A DNA stretch of 43,440 nt from Odoribacter splanchnicus (GCA_963648625.1 CAVJEZ010000001.1:1-43440), one strand, 5' to 3'. Positions 1 through 9,680 are shown, counted from the first letter of the stretch. The notes: generated from the sequence alone by a model not told the origin. Numbers and translations: made by a program.

Positions 1-170
1 TCCTCCTACAGGCTGAGCCTGCCAGGGGCCGCACGCTAGACGGTGTTGAAGCCTGCCTGCTTGTGCGCTATACCACGCAGGCAGGCATATAATGGTTGCC
101 GTCTGCAGCAACAGCTTAGTGCACTAACAGCCTGGCAGGACGGACCTGTCAGATATTCCAAGGAAAAATC

Positions 171-470
171 ATGTCTCAGAATACAGCTGTAATCAGCAGG
201 GAAGATGTGCTCCATCTTGCCCAGCTGGCCCGTCTTGCCGTCGATGAAGCCGAAGTGGAGCGTTTCTCGGGACAGCTCAGCGATATCGTGTCCTATATGG
301 ATGTGCTCAATACCATAGATACGGAAAACGTGGCTCCCCTCTACACCACGGCAGATCACGTCCTGCGCATGCGCGAGGACGCAGCGGAGCATGTGCGGAC
401 CCGCGAGCAGATACTGTCCAATTCGCCTGAGAAGAACGACGAGTTTTTCGTCGTCCCCAGAATCGTCTAG
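171..470 (+). CDS. gatC: Asp-tRNA(Asn)/Glu-tRNA(Gln) amidotransferase subunit C
   Basis: ISREDVLHLAQLARL...LNTIDTENVAPL...MRED...FFVVPRIV; AAGGA RBS; directly upstream of gatA. Confidence 0.95.
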   Translation: MSQNTAVISREDVLHLAQLARLAVDEAEVERFSGQLSDIVSYMDVLNTIDTENVAPLYTTADHVLRMREDAAEHVRTREQILSNSPEKNDEFFVVPRIV

Positions 471-496
471 GACTGTGAGGAAAAGGAGAACACAAC

Positions 497-1957
497 ATGC
501 AGGATTTGACAGAACTTTCCCTCACAGAGGCTGCCAGTGCCCTGAAAGACGGCAGCATCAAGGCTCAGGATGCCGCAAGGGCCTGCCTTGACCGCATTGA
601 GGCAACGGAAGGTAAGCTTGGCGCCCTTCTCCATGTGGATGCAGAAGGGGCCATGAAGCTGGCTGAAAAGATGGACAGCGAGGGGCCTGATCCCGCTAAG
701 CCCCTGTGGGGCGTGCCGGTTACCATCAAGGATGCCCTCTCTACCAGCACCATGCCGACAACTGCGGCTTCCCGCATCCTTGAAGGCTTCAAGCCTGTCT
801 ATGATGCCTATGCCGTGCAGAAGATGCGCGAGGCCGGAGCCATTATCCTTGGCAAGAACAACATGGACGAGTTCGCCATGGGATCCACGACTGCCAACTC
901 TGCCTACCAGGTGACGCACAATCCCTGGAATACGGACAGGGTGCCCGGCGGTTCCTCTGGCGGATCCGCCTGCTCTGTTGCTTCCGGACAGTGCTTTGCC
1001 TCCCTTGGCTCGGATACCGGCGGTTCCATCCGCCAGCCTGCCGCCTTCTGCGGCTGCGTGGGCATCAAGCCCACCTATGGCAGGGTGTCGCGCTACGGCC
1101 TGATTGCCTATGGTTCATCCCTTGACCAGGTCGGCCCCCTGACCAGGACTGTGGAAGACTGCGCCCGCGTGCTCTCAGTCATCGCCGGCTGGGACGAGCG
1201 TGACATGACCTGCTCACCGAAGGATGTGCCCGACTATCTTGCCGGCCTTAATCCTGCCGATCTTGCAGGCCGATCCGTGGGCATTCCGAAGGAGTATATG
1301 GGCGAGGGCCTGTCAGACGAAGTCCGCAAGGGCGTAGAACAGGCAACAGAGGCACTGAAAGACCTTGGCGCAAAGGTTGTGGAAGTGAGCCTGCCCAGCA
1401 CAGAGGCCGCCATTGCAACCTATTATATTATAGCCATGGCTGAAGCCAGCTCCAACCTGGCCCGCTTTGATGGTGTCAGGTACGGGCACAGGAGCAAGGA
1501 AGTTCTGGACCTGCAGGACCTGTACAAGAATTCGCGCAGGGAAGGCTTTGGCGAGGAAGTCAAGCGCCGCATCATGTTGGGAACGTTTGTCCTCTCAGCC
1601 GGCTACTACGATGCCTACTATAAGAAGGCCGCCCAGGTGCGCAGGCTTATCCGCGACGAGTTTGTGACGGCACTGGGTTCCTGCGACTGCCTCCTGGCTC
1701 CTGTATCGCCCATTGTGGCCTGGCCTCTGGGAGCCCATCAGCAGAATCCCTTGCAGGTATTCCTCATGGATGCCTATACCTGCCCCATCAATCTGGCCGG
1801 ACTGCCCAGCCTGTCCATGCCGGCAGGGCTTGGAGAATCCGGCATGCCTGTCGGATTGCAGCTCATAGGCAGGGCCTTTGAGGAAGGAACCCTCTTCAGC
1901 ATCGGATCTGCCCTTGAGAAGAAGCTGCCGCCCCTGGGCAGGCCCAAGGGACTGTAG
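497..1957 (+). CDS. gatA: Asp-tRNA(Asn)/Glu-tRNA(Gln) amidotransferase subunit A
   Basis: Amidase signature [32 protein letters not shown] and [22 protein letters not shown]. Confidence 0.97.
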   Translation: MQDLTELSLTEAASALKDGSIKAQDAARACLDRIEATEGKLGALLHVDAEGAMKLAEKMDSEGPDPAKPLWGVPVTIKDALSTSTMPTTAASRILEGFKPVYDAYAVQKMREAGAIILGKNNMDEFAMGSTTANSAYQVTHNPWNTDRVPGGSSGGSACSVASGQCFASLGSDTGGSIRQPAAFCGCVGIKPTYGRVSRYGLIAYGSSLDQVGPLTRTVEDCARVLSVIAGWDERDMTCSPKDVPDYLAGLNPADLAGRSVGIPKEYMGEGLSDEVRKGVEQATEALKDLGAKVVEVSLPSTEAAIATYYIIAMAEASSNLARFDGVRYGHRSKEVLDLQDLYKNSRREGFGEEVKRRIMLGTFVLSAGYYDAYYKKAAQVRRLIRDEFVTALGSCDCLLAPVSPIVAWPLGAHQQNPLQVFLMDAYTCPINLAGLPSLSMPAGLGESGMPVGLQLIGRAFEEGTLFSIGSALEKKLPPLGRPKGL

Positions 1958-1990
1958 AAAGGCTTTGCAGCCTGAAAAACTGAAAAAGAG

Positions 1991-2031
1991 GGAGACGTCC
2001 TGGCCATAGCTGCCGGGGCGTCTTCTTTTTT
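1991..2031 (+). terminator. Rho-independent terminator after gatA
   Basis: ggagacgtcctggc / gccggggcgtcttc stem (with G-U pairs) followed by a T-run. Confidence 0.7.
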
Positions 2032-2116
2032 ATGCCTGCATTTGCCAAAACTGCCGGAGTAGTACATAAACAGGCGAGCTGAAAAACACTTTTCCGGAAA
2101 AACATAAGGAGAAAAT

Positions 2117-2545
2117 ATGGCTGAGAATTTTGCCGGCTTTGCACCGTCATCCGGCCTGCCCAGGCAGCGGGCCATGACGCTTACAGAATCCGTGCGTACC
2201 TGCTGGATGCAAAAGTTCTCCTGTTTTGAAGGGCGCGCCAGCAGGTCTGAATACTGGTGGAACTACCTGGCTGTTGCGGTTGCCAATATGGTTTCCAGTT
2301 CGCTTGCTGCGGTATCCCTTCTTTTTGCCGTGCTGGCCTTTGTCTATGGCGTGGCCGTCTTTATCGTCATGCTGACCTCAACAACACGCAGGCTGCACGA
2401 TACAGGCCGCAGCGGCTGGTGGCAGCTTTTAGGGCTCACCATTATTGGACTGATTCCCCTCCTGTATTTCCTGTGCAAGCCGTCAGAACAGGCTCCGAAC
2501 CAGTACGGCGGCATACCCTGCCTGGAACAAGCCCAGTGGATGTAG
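2117..2545 (+). CDS. DUF805 (YhaH/YhaI-like) inner membrane protein
   Basis: F(E)GRASRSEYWW, RRLHDTGRSGWW, N(Q)YG motifs; AGGAG RBS. Confidence 0.9.
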   Translation: MAENFAGFAPSSGLPRQRAMTLTESVRTCWMQKFSCFEGRASRSEYWWNYLAVAVANMVSSSLAAVSLLFAVLAFVYGVAVFIVMLTSTTRRLHDTGRSGWWQLLGLTIIGLIPLLYFLCKPSEQAPNQYGGIPCLEQAQWM

Positions 2546-2843
2546 CAGGACTTCTTTGAGAGTACGCTCCCTGACAGCCCATGACCTAATAAGCTGCCTT
2601 TTGGCGGAAAAGTAAGAACACGGCGTTCAAACAAGTGATATACCCATGGAATGAGCACCGTTTTGTCAGTTTGGGAGGGCGATTGTTAGAGGTCAGGGAA
2701 AAGCATGAGAGATATTTTTTTTCAAAAAAACAGACTGATTGCACAAACAGTCTTGAGTGCCGAACAGTTTTGAAGTAGAAACGGTGTTTTCAATAAAGAC
2801 GGCTCGTTATTTTGGTTTTTACCGTCTTTTGGGAGCATGTTTT

Positions 2844-4295
2844 ATGTCTGGCACTTTTTACTTCCTGGGAAGCATAGCCCTGCTTCTTCTTGGCTACTTC
2901 CTGTATGGTAGATTCATAGAGAAAGTCTTCGGGGCTGACTACGGACGCCCCACTCCTGTACAGAGCAAGAGAGACGGCGTCGATTACATCGAAATGCCGA
3001 GATACAAGATTTTTCTCATTCAGTTCCTGAACATTGCCGGACTAGGACCTATTATCGGAACCCTGCTTGGAGCCCTGTACGGCCCCGTAGCCATGCTGTG
3101 GGTTGTTTTTGGCTGCATCTTTGCCGGTGCAGTCCATGACTACTGCGCAGCCATGATCTCGCTGCGCAATGACGGCGCATCCTATCCCGAACTTGTAGAC
3201 ATGGCCTTTGGCAGGCGTGCCCGCCGTGCCATGGAATGCTTCTCCGTCATCTTCATGGTCCTGGTGGGAGCAGTGTTCGTCCTTGGACCTGCGGCCCTTC
3301 TGGCCAGCATGACGCCTATGAACTTCCTCTTCTGGGCCGTCATCATCTTTGCCTATTATTTCCTGGCAACAATACTGCCCATTGACGTGGTCATCGGCCG
3401 CATATACCCCTACTTTGGCGTACTGCTGATCTTTATGACCTTCGGCCTTGCAGGCGCCCTGCTTCTGGGCGACAGGCCCATCCTGCCCAATACCGACTTC
3501 TTTACTAACTACAATCCCAAGGACCTGCCCATATGGCCGCTGATTTTTGTGACCATTGCCTGCAGCGCCATATCCGGCTTTCATGCCACGCAGTCTCCGC
3601 TCATGACCCGCTGTGTTGCCTCTGAACGTGACTGCCGCTTCCTTTTCTACGGCCCCATGATTGCAGAAGGCATCATCGGCCTTATCTGGGTGACCCTGGG
3701 CCTGAGCTTTTACGACTCCCCCGAAGCCCTGCAGGCCGTGATTACGGAAGGCACGCCTACGCTGGCCATCAAGCAGATATCCTTAGGCCTGCTTGGCCCT
3801 GTCGGCGGATTTATCGCCATCCTTGGCGTGGTTGTTCTGCCTGTGTCCACGGGCGATACAGCCTTCAGGTCAGCCAGGCTCATTGTGGCGGATGCCTTTA
3901 ACCTGGACCAGAAGGCAGTCAGCAAGCGCCTCATGGTGGCCATTCCGCTTTTTGCAGTCGGCATCGGTCTTACCCTGGTCGATTTTGATATTATCTGGCG
4001 TTATTTTGGCTGGGCCAACCAGGCTTTGTCCTGCGTTACCCTGTGGGCTGTGTCCATCTATCTTGCCCAGCGCGGACGCAAGTACATCGTCACCGTTATC
4101 CCGGGTCTTTTTATGACCACAGTCTGCGCCACCTATCTCTGCAATGCCAAGATCGGCTTTGGCCTGGACATGACTACGTCCACTATTATCGGGGCAGTCT
4201 TTTCCCTGCTTTGCCTGGTGGTCTTTTGCAGGCACCTGCCAGCCTGGAGGCAGCAGTTTGTGCTGAATGGCTCGTCTGAAAAGACCTGGCAGTAG
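2844..4295 (+). CDS. cstA: Carbon starvation protein A family transporter
   Basis: DGVDYI, LIQFLNIAGLGPI, GCIFAGAVHDY, TIACSAISGFHATQSP; start moved to ATG 2844 (GGGAG upstream). Confidence 0.92.
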   Translation: MSGTFYFLGSIALLLLGYFLYGRFIEKVFGADYGRPTPVQSKRDGVDYIEMPRYKIFLIQFLNIAGLGPIIGTLLGALYGPVAMLWVVFGCIFAGAVHDYCAAMISLRNDGASYPELVDMAFGRRARRAMECFSVIFMVLVGAVFVLGPAALLASMTPMNFLFWAVIIFAYYFLATILPIDVVIGRIYPYFGVLLIFMTFGLAGALLLGDRPILPNTDFFTNYNPKDLPIWPLIFVTIACSAISGFHATQSPLMTRCVASERDCRFLFYGPMIAEGIIGLIWVTLGLSFYDSPEALQAVITEGTPTLAIKQISLGLLGPVGGFIAILGVVVLPVSTGDTAFRSARLIVADAFNLDQKAVSKRLMVAIPLFAVGIGLTLVDFDIIWRYFGWANQALSCVTLWAVSIYLAQRGRKYIVTVIPGLFMTTVCATYLCNAKIGFGLDMTTSTIIGAVFSLLCLVVFCRHLPAWRQQFVLNGSSEKTWQ

Positions 4296-4345
4296 CAAGT
4301 CAGGCCATTTTAGGCTGACAACAGAGAAGTACGAAAGAGAATTAC

Positions 4346-4378
4346 AAAGGCCGCCGGTACATCTATCGGCGGCCTTTT
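4346..4378 (+). terminator. Terminator hairpin after cstA; left copy of a 32-bp direct repeat
   Basis: aaaggccgccggtacatctatcggcggcctttt; 27/32 identical to 6525-6556. Confidence 0.8.
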
Positions 4379-4540
4379 GCTGTGCGTCATAGGCACTGTG
4401 GCGGCTCCGAGCTTTGAAAGCGAAGTTCTGTCATGGGCAGGCTCGGCCTTGTCATGAAGCCATCTGACGATCTTCGCCTTTCCAGCAATTTAGTCTGTTT
4501 TGATGCAGGTAGGAATTTTATAGGTCAGCATGATGTTGGG

Positions 4541-4563
4541 TTGTAAAGTAAAATGCGTTACAA
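4541..4563. promoter_or_regulatory. Putative antitoxin (RHH) operator, imperfect inverted repeat
   Basis: ttgtaaagta-aaa-tgcgttacaa (8/10 arms) about 20 bp upstream of the RelB-like ATG. Confidence 0.45.
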
Positions 4564-4582
4564 AGCATTCGAGATGATAATC

Positions 4583-4792
4583 ATGAAAAAGGCGATGACA
4601 CTCAATCTTCATGTAAACCCTGCCGTCAGGCAGCAAGCTGAAAATGTGCTGAAACAACCAGTTCCGAATGCTGATGCCATGACCGATGAGCAACTCCATG
4701 CAGCCTTACAGGCCGGCATCAGGGAGATTCAGAATGGGGATGCCGTGGATGCTGTAAGCGCATTTGCACAATTCAGGGAACAGCACAGATGA
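4583..4792 (+). pseudogene. RelB/DinJ-family antitoxin, apparently with an internal in-frame deletion
   Basis: MKKAMTLNLHVNPAVRQQAENVLKQ (RHH strand and helix A) joins PVPNADAMTDEQLHAALQAG...FAQFREQHR; the usual LG-x-x-MS-x-A...GGIPF segment is absent. Confidence 0.65.
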
Positions 4793-4881
4793 AGCAGTGA
4801 GTCCCGGCATCTGCACTGCGTGATGTACGAGGTTTAATCCGATACCTTCAGCAACATCAGGCACGTTCTCTTATACCATAA
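4789..4881 (+). pseudogene. RelE/ParE-like toxin remnant
   Basis: ATGA overlap with the antitoxin stop; reads MKQ*VPASALRDVRGLIRYLQQHQARSLIP*, resembling the A-x-x-D-L-x-x-I-x-x-Y helix of RelE/ParE. Confidence 0.5.
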
Positions 4882-4934
4882 GGACTTCCCCTGGCTGGCA
4901 ATGCGCCTGGCTGTATAAAGGGAAGTCCTTTTTT
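4880..4934 (+). terminator. Terminator-like hairpin after the TA remnant
   Basis: aaggacttccc (4880-4890) / gggaagtcctt (4920-4930) followed by Ts; long 29-nt loop. Confidence 0.45.
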
Positions 4935-5037
4935 GTGCCTGTTGAAAAAGGCTGCAAGGTGCCTCAGTTTGTTGCCTGATGCTACATATTTTCGTCAGTA
5001 CAGACCTGAAGATGACGCAATGTAAGATTGAAGGCAA

Positions 5038-5074
5038 TTGAAAACTTGCCTGTGCATGACATGCAAGTTTTCAA
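5038..5074. repeat. 12-bp perfect inverted repeat upstream of COG1373 ATPase 1
   Basis: ttgaaaacttgc-N13-gcaagttttcaa. Confidence 0.85.
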
Positions 5075-5188
5075 CAGGATGCAGTTTGTCGTGGACTGAC
5101 TCTCTCTTGCATTGTTTTTTGCTGAACTGTATATGGCAGTGTTGAAATATGGATTGATAAAACAGCAGAATTCCAAAAGGGAGAGGCT

Positions 5189-6496
5189 ATGAAAATCAGG
5201 CGTGACCGCTATTTGAAGCAACTTACAGACTATATATGTGACGGGCAGGTGAAGGTGATTTCCGGGATCCGCGGATGCGGCAAATCCTATCTTCTCCACA
5301 CACTGTTTCGCGAGCATCTTCTCTCTAATGGGGTTGCAGAGAATCACATTCTGTCCTGCGATCTCGATATGGAGCAGGATTTCCGCTACCGCAATCCTCT
5401 TGAGCTTGCATCATGTTTTCGCAAGCGTGTTGAGGGATCCTCAGGGCAGTTTTATCTCTTTATAGATGAGATTCAGAAGGCCTGCGAGGTGCCGAACCCC
5501 TATAATCCCGATGGCAGGAAAGTCACAGTCTATGATTCCCTCAATGACCTGAAATCACTTCCCAACCTGGATGTGTACGTAATTGCAGGCACTTCCATGA
5601 TGCTGCCGTCAAACATACCGACGGAGTTTCGCGGGCGCAGTGATCAGATTCGCGTTCATCCTCTGAGTTTCTCAGAATATTATGCTGCTGTTGGCGGGGG
5701 CAGGCAGGAAGCTTTTGACAAGTATGCCCTTTACGGAGGCCTGCCGTACTGCCTGTCCCTGCCTTCGGATACCATGAAGAAGGAGTATCTCAGCTCCGTC
5801 CTTGAAGGACATGTGAAGGAGATTGCAGAAAGCAGGAAAGTCAGGCGCTCTGATGCACTGCCCGCTCTTTGGGAAGTGCTTTGTTCGTCCGCCGGCTTCC
5901 TGACCAGTCCGGAACGTATCGCAGCAGCCCTTAATGCAGGGCAGATTCAGAGCGGGAAGAAAGCGGTCGCACTCAAGACAGTACAATCACAGCTTGACTG
6001 TCTGTCTGATGCCTTTCTCTTCAGCTTATGCAAACGATGGGATGTCAGGGACAAATACTATACCGGCTTTCCAGCCATGTATTACTGCGAGGATACAGGC
6101 CTCCTCAATGCTGCTGCAGGCTTCAGACAGCCGTGCATGCCGCAGGTCATAAAGAATATCATCTTCAATGAGCTTGTTGTCCGCGATTGTGCCGTGGATG
6201 CCGGCATTGTTTATGACAGCAGGGCTACAAGCTGCGGCAGCATGCCTGAGGCCAGAGAAATCGATTTTATTGCAAGCTATGCAGGCAAGAAATTCTACTT
6301 CCAGTCTGCCTGTGGCCTTGTAACAGAGGAAAGGTATGCTGCCGAAACAGGCCCGCTTAAGCTTGCCGGGGACAGTTTCCCCAAAATTATCGTGTGGCAT
6401 GATACCTGCAGCCGCTGGTATGACGACTATGGCATCTTCAATATCGGAATGCCTGACTTTTTGCTGGATGATACGCTTCTGAGCCGCTATCCCTGA
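5189..6496 (+). CDS. COG1373-type ATP-binding protein (AAA_14 + DUF4143), divergent copy
   Basis: Walker A GIRGCGKS, Walker B FIDEIQ, PLSFSEY, YGGLP, C-terminal EIDF...YFQSA; clearly paralogous to 36820-38073. Confidence 0.88.
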   Translation: MKIRRDRYLKQLTDYICDGQVKVISGIRGCGKSYLLHTLFREHLLSNGVAENHILSCDLDMEQDFRYRNPLELASCFRKRVEGSSGQFYLFIDEIQKACEVPNPYNPDGRKVTVYDSLNDLKSLPNLDVYVIAGTSMMLPSNIPTEFRGRSDQIRVHPLSFSEYYAAVGGGRQEAFDKYALYGGLPYCLSLPSDTMKKEYLSSVLEGHVKEIAESRKVRRSDALPALWEVLCSSAGFLTSPERIAAALNAGQIQSGKKAVALKTVQSQLDCLSDAFLFSLCKRWDVRDKYYTGFPAMYYCEDTGLLNAAAGFRQPCMPQVIKNIIFNELVVRDCAVDAGIVYDSRATSCGSMPEAREIDFIASYAGKKFYFQSACGLVTEERYAAETGPLKLAGDSFPKIIVWHDTCSRWYDDYGIFNIGMPDFLLDDTLLSRYP

Positions 6497-6520
6497 TATC
6501 GGGCACTGCCCTGACAGGAA

Positions 6521-6560
6521 ATATAAAGGCCGCCGGAACAATGACCGGCGGCCTTTATAT
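6521..6560. terminator. Bidirectional terminator; right copy of the 32-bp direct repeat
   Basis: atataaaggccgccgg-aacaatga-ccggcggcctttatat between the convergent ATPase and recR genes. Confidence 0.85.
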
Positions 6561-6577
6561 CAAATGTATGGCTCAAT

Positions 6578-7189
6578 TCAGCGCAGTTCCTGACGATATT
6601 TCAGGGACTGCCTGAGCGTTTCTGCGTCCATGTGCCTGACTTCGCTACCCAAGGGGATGCCCTGGGCAAGCCTTGAGATGCGTATGTCCGGGAAGCGTGC
6701 CTGTACCGCTGTCTGCACGAAAGATGCGGTATTTTCCGCATCCAGCGTGGCGCCCAGGGCAAAGATCAGTTCCCTGACAGTTCCTTCGGCAAGGCGGTTC
6801 ATGAGACGGGTAAGGTCCAGCTTTTCCTGTCCCTGCGGAGTCATGCTGCTGAGCAGCCCGCCCAGGATAAAGTACTGCCCCCTGTAGAAGCCGCCGCGTT
6901 CCATGGTAAGCTGGCTGTCCCAGTCCGTGACCACGCACAGCTCAGCGGCATTCCTGGCAGGATCGGCACATAGCGGACAGACTTCCGTTGCGGAAAAGCC
7001 GCCGCACATCCTGCACAAGTGCAGGTTGTCCCTGAGCGTGGCTATGCTCTGCCCAAGCGTGCGCGTGTTTTCTTCCGGCCAGTCCAGAAGCGTCATGGCC
7101 ATGCGCAATGCAGATTTTGGCCCCATGCCTGGCAGCCTGCCCAGCATGCGGACCAGTTCCTCCAGGGGCGCTGGTAAGCCTGTGCTCAT
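6578..7189 (-). CDS. recR: Recombination mediator RecR
   Basis: LPGMGPKSALR HhH motif, CxxC...CxxC zinc finger, Toprim domain, SRLAQGIPLG. Confidence 0.96.
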   Translation of the reverse strand: MSTGLPAPLEELVRMLGRLPGMGPKSALRMAMTLLDWPEENTRTLGQSIATLRDNLHLCRMCGGFSATEVCPLCADPARNAAELCVVTDWDSQLTMERGGFYRGQYFILGGLLSSMTPQGQEKLDLTRLMNRLAEGTVRELIFALGATLDAENTASFVQTAVQARFPDIRISRLAQGIPLGSEVRHMDAETLRQSLKYRQELR

Positions 7190-7500
7190 TAAAAGATGCC
7201 CGGAATGCGGATTCCGCCGGAAATAGCGGCCATTTCCCTTTCAAGGCTTTCCTTGGAAATGCGCATGGCCTCGTTGATGGCAGAAAGGACAAGGTCCTGC
7301 AGCATCTCGACGTCGCCGCCTTCAAGTGCCTTGGGATCAATGACCAGGGACTTTACTTCCTGGTTGCCGTTGACAGTAGCCTTGACGATGCCGCCGCCGC
7401 TGGAAGCCTCAAATTCCTTGGTGGCTGCTTCCTGGCGCATGGCCTGGATTTTGTTCTGTATGACGTTTGCCTGACGAACAAGGTCATTCATATTGCGCAT
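7189..7500 (-). CDS. ybaB: YbaB/EbfC nucleoid-associated protein
   Basis: SSGGGIVKATVNG, IDP, DVEMLQDLVLSAINEA; conserved dnaX-ybaB-recR order. Confidence 0.95.
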   Translation of the reverse strand: MRNMNDLVRQANVIQNKIQAMRQEAATKEFEASSGGGIVKATVNGNQEVKSLVIDPKALEGGDVEMLQDLVLSAINEAMRISKESLEREMAAISGGIRIPGIF

Positions 7501-7569
7501 AATAAATCCTCTTCAAAAGATATAGCTGGTGATGGAAAGAAAAGTTCGCTGTGAAAGACGCATCCCTGC

Positions 7570-9609
7570 CTAGCGCCGGCGTACCTGGTCTACACGCGCA
7601 TTGAGTATCTCAATGCAGTGCGCAAGTTCGGGCCTGTTCACTTCCGGCTGTCCATGCCCTGAGCCGGCATTCTGGATAGCTTCCTGCGAAGCCGCAAGCG
7701 TTATGCGGACGGGCTGGTGCAGGGAGGAAGAAAGAGATTTTTCAAGCTGCGGCAGGCTGCTCTTAAGGCTTTCTGTCTGGTGGACGCTTCCGCCTTCAAG
7801 AAGGATGTTGCCGCCTGAGATGCCCTTGCAGGAAAAGCCCCTGAGGCGGTGTCCGATGGCAGGATCCTGGCATTGCAGGGCCAGCCATTCCTGTACCTTT
7901 TCAAAGCTTGTTGCTGTATCAGCCTGGCCTGATTTTGTCTCTGCAGCGGCAGGAGAAGCCGCTGCCTTTTCCGCAGGCATGGACGGCGTGGCTGCCGGAG
8001 TAACGGCCTTTTCAGCTGCCGGCCCGGCAGGCGTGGCAGGCTGTCCCTGTGTTACGGCCTGCCCGGAAGGAACAGGCTTTCCGCCAGGCTCTGCATCTGC
8101 TTTCACGGGGGCAGCCGGCTTTGCGTTATTCTGACTGGCTGCCCCGGGAGCCGCGGCAGGCGTGGCTTGCTGTACAGGCTGTGCCTGTACAGGGGCTTTT
8201 GCCGGCTGTGCCGGTGGAACGGAGGCCTTGGCCTGTCCTGCAGAAGCCTGCTGCTGATGCTGCTGCCAGCCAGAGGTCCTTTGTCCGGCAGCCTGCTGGC
8301 TCTGGGAATACTGGGAAGGCTGGGAAGCCGGGGCTGCTGCCTGCTGCCGTGCAGCCTGCGCAGAAATTTGCTGTGTATTTTGCGGCGCAGATGCTGTCTG
8401 TGCTGCAGACGATGCAGCAGGCGATGCTGTCGCAGATGAGGGAGCTGCCGTGCCGGCTGATACGGTATTGGGCTTAGGCTCAGTCCTTCCCGCCACTTCG
8501 GCAGGCAGCAGGCGCGGCAGAAGCGCCATATTGACTAACAGAAATTCCAGTGCTGCCGCCGGATCCTGCCCTGACGAAGGCATGAGGGAGCGTCCGCTGT
8601 CCAGGAGCATCTGCCAGGCCGCATGCAAATAGCCGGGCCTGAATTTGGGGGCAATGCGTTCCAGAAAGTCCAGCTCGTTGCCTGACAGGCCGAGCCTGGC
8701 CACGGTTTCCCTGTCGCAGGTCTGCAAAAGGAAAAGCGAGCGGATGGTGTCCGTAAGCTCCCTGACAAAATAGCGGATGTCTATCTGCTTTGAGACCAGC
8801 TCCTTGGTGTACACGGCTGCATCGCCGCAGCTGCCGCTGGCAAGGGCAGTGAGCAGGTTCTCCAGGATGTCCTGGGAGACAAGTCCCAGAACCGAGCGCA
8901 CAAAGTCAGCCGTAAGCTTCGGCGGACCGAAGGAAAGCACCTGGTCCAGCAGTGACATGCTGTCGCGGGCCGATCCTGCCCCCCTGTGCGCTATGAGGCG
9001 GACAGCATCCGGCTCGTATTCTATATGCTCGCTGTCCAGCACCTTGCTGAGATGGGCAATGAGCGTCTCTTCCTGAAGATGGCTGAAGGAAAAGACCTGG
9101 CAGCGGCTGAGAATGGTAGGGGGAAATTTGTGGATTTCGGTGGTGGCAAAAATAAAGACGACATGCGCTGGCGGCTCTTCAAGGGTTTTCAGCAGGGCAT
9201 TAAATGCCGCATTTGTGAGCATGTGCGCTTCGTCAATGATAAAAATCTTGTAGCGCCCCTCCATGGGGGCATAGCCCACCTTTTCCTTCAGTTCCCTGGC
9301 ATCCTCCACCTTGTTGTTTGAGGCGCCGTCCAGCTCGATAACGTCAGGATAAGTCCCCTGGGCTATGCGCCTGCAGGCAGAGCATTCATTGCAGGGCTCG
9401 GCACAGGGAGAATGCTCGCAGTTTAGCGCCTTGGCAAATATGCGGGCAATGGTGGTCTTGCCCACGCCGCGTGTGCCTGCAAGCAGATAGCCCGGAGCCA
9501 CGCGGTTCTCGGCGGCTGCCTTGGAAAGCGCCGTCTTGATGAGATCCTGTCCGGCCAGCTCTGAAAAACGCTGCGGACGGTATCGTGTGGCAAGGGAAAT
9601 ATACTTCAT
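7570..9609 (-). CDS. dnaX: DNA polymerase III subunit gamma/tau
   Basis: LATRYRPQRF, GTRGVGKTT, zinc-binding cysteines, IIDEAHML, TILSRC; long Ala/Gln/Pro linker. Confidence 0.96.
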   Translation of the reverse strand: MKYISLATRYRPQRFSELAGQDLIKTALSKAAAENRVAPGYLLAGTRGVGKTTIARIFAKALNCEHSPCAEPCNECSACRRIAQGTYPDVIELDGASNNKVEDARELKEKVGYAPMEGRYKIFIIDEAHMLTNAAFNALLKTLEEPPAHVVFIFATTEIHKFPPTILSRCQVFSFSHLQEETLIAHLSKVLDSEHIEYEPDAVRLIAHRGAGSARDSMSLLDQVLSFGPPKLTADFVRSVLGLVSQDILENLLTALASGSCGDAAVYTKELVSKQIDIRYFVRELTDTIRSLFLLQTCDRETVARLGLSGNELDFLERIAPKFRPGYLHAAWQMLLDSGRSLMPSSGQDPAAALEFLLVNMALLPRLLPAEVAGRTEPKPNTVSAGTAAPSSATASPAASSAAQTASAPQNTQQISAQAARQQAAAPASQPSQYSQSQQAAGQRTSGWQQHQQQASAGQAKASVPPAQPAKAPVQAQPVQQATPAAAPGAASQNNAKPAAPVKADAEPGGKPVPSGQAVTQGQPATPAGPAAEKAVTPAATPSMPAEKAAASPAAAETKSGQADTATSFEKVQEWLALQCQDPAIGHRLRGFSCKGISGGNILLEGGSVHQTESLKSSLPQLEKSLSSSLHQPVRITLAASQEAIQNAGSGHGQPEVNRPELAHCIEILNARVDQVRRR

Positions 9610-9680
9610 GGGGGCTCTTCTGCCTGTGCAGGCACCTGGGGCTTATGCCGCCTGCAGCATAAAAGGCGTTAAAATCAGTA

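Noticed and set aside
171..1957. gatB missing from gatCA
   Set aside because: A split gat arrangement is common; gatB is presumably elsewhere
2757..2843. Upstream start extensions in the ORF track (cstA; also ilvE, gcvH, glpC, mutM, ribBA)
   Set aside because: Downstream ATGs have an RBS and match family N-termini
7570..9609. Programmed -1 frameshift in dnaX
   Set aside because: No A-AAA-AAG heptamer or long A-run seen
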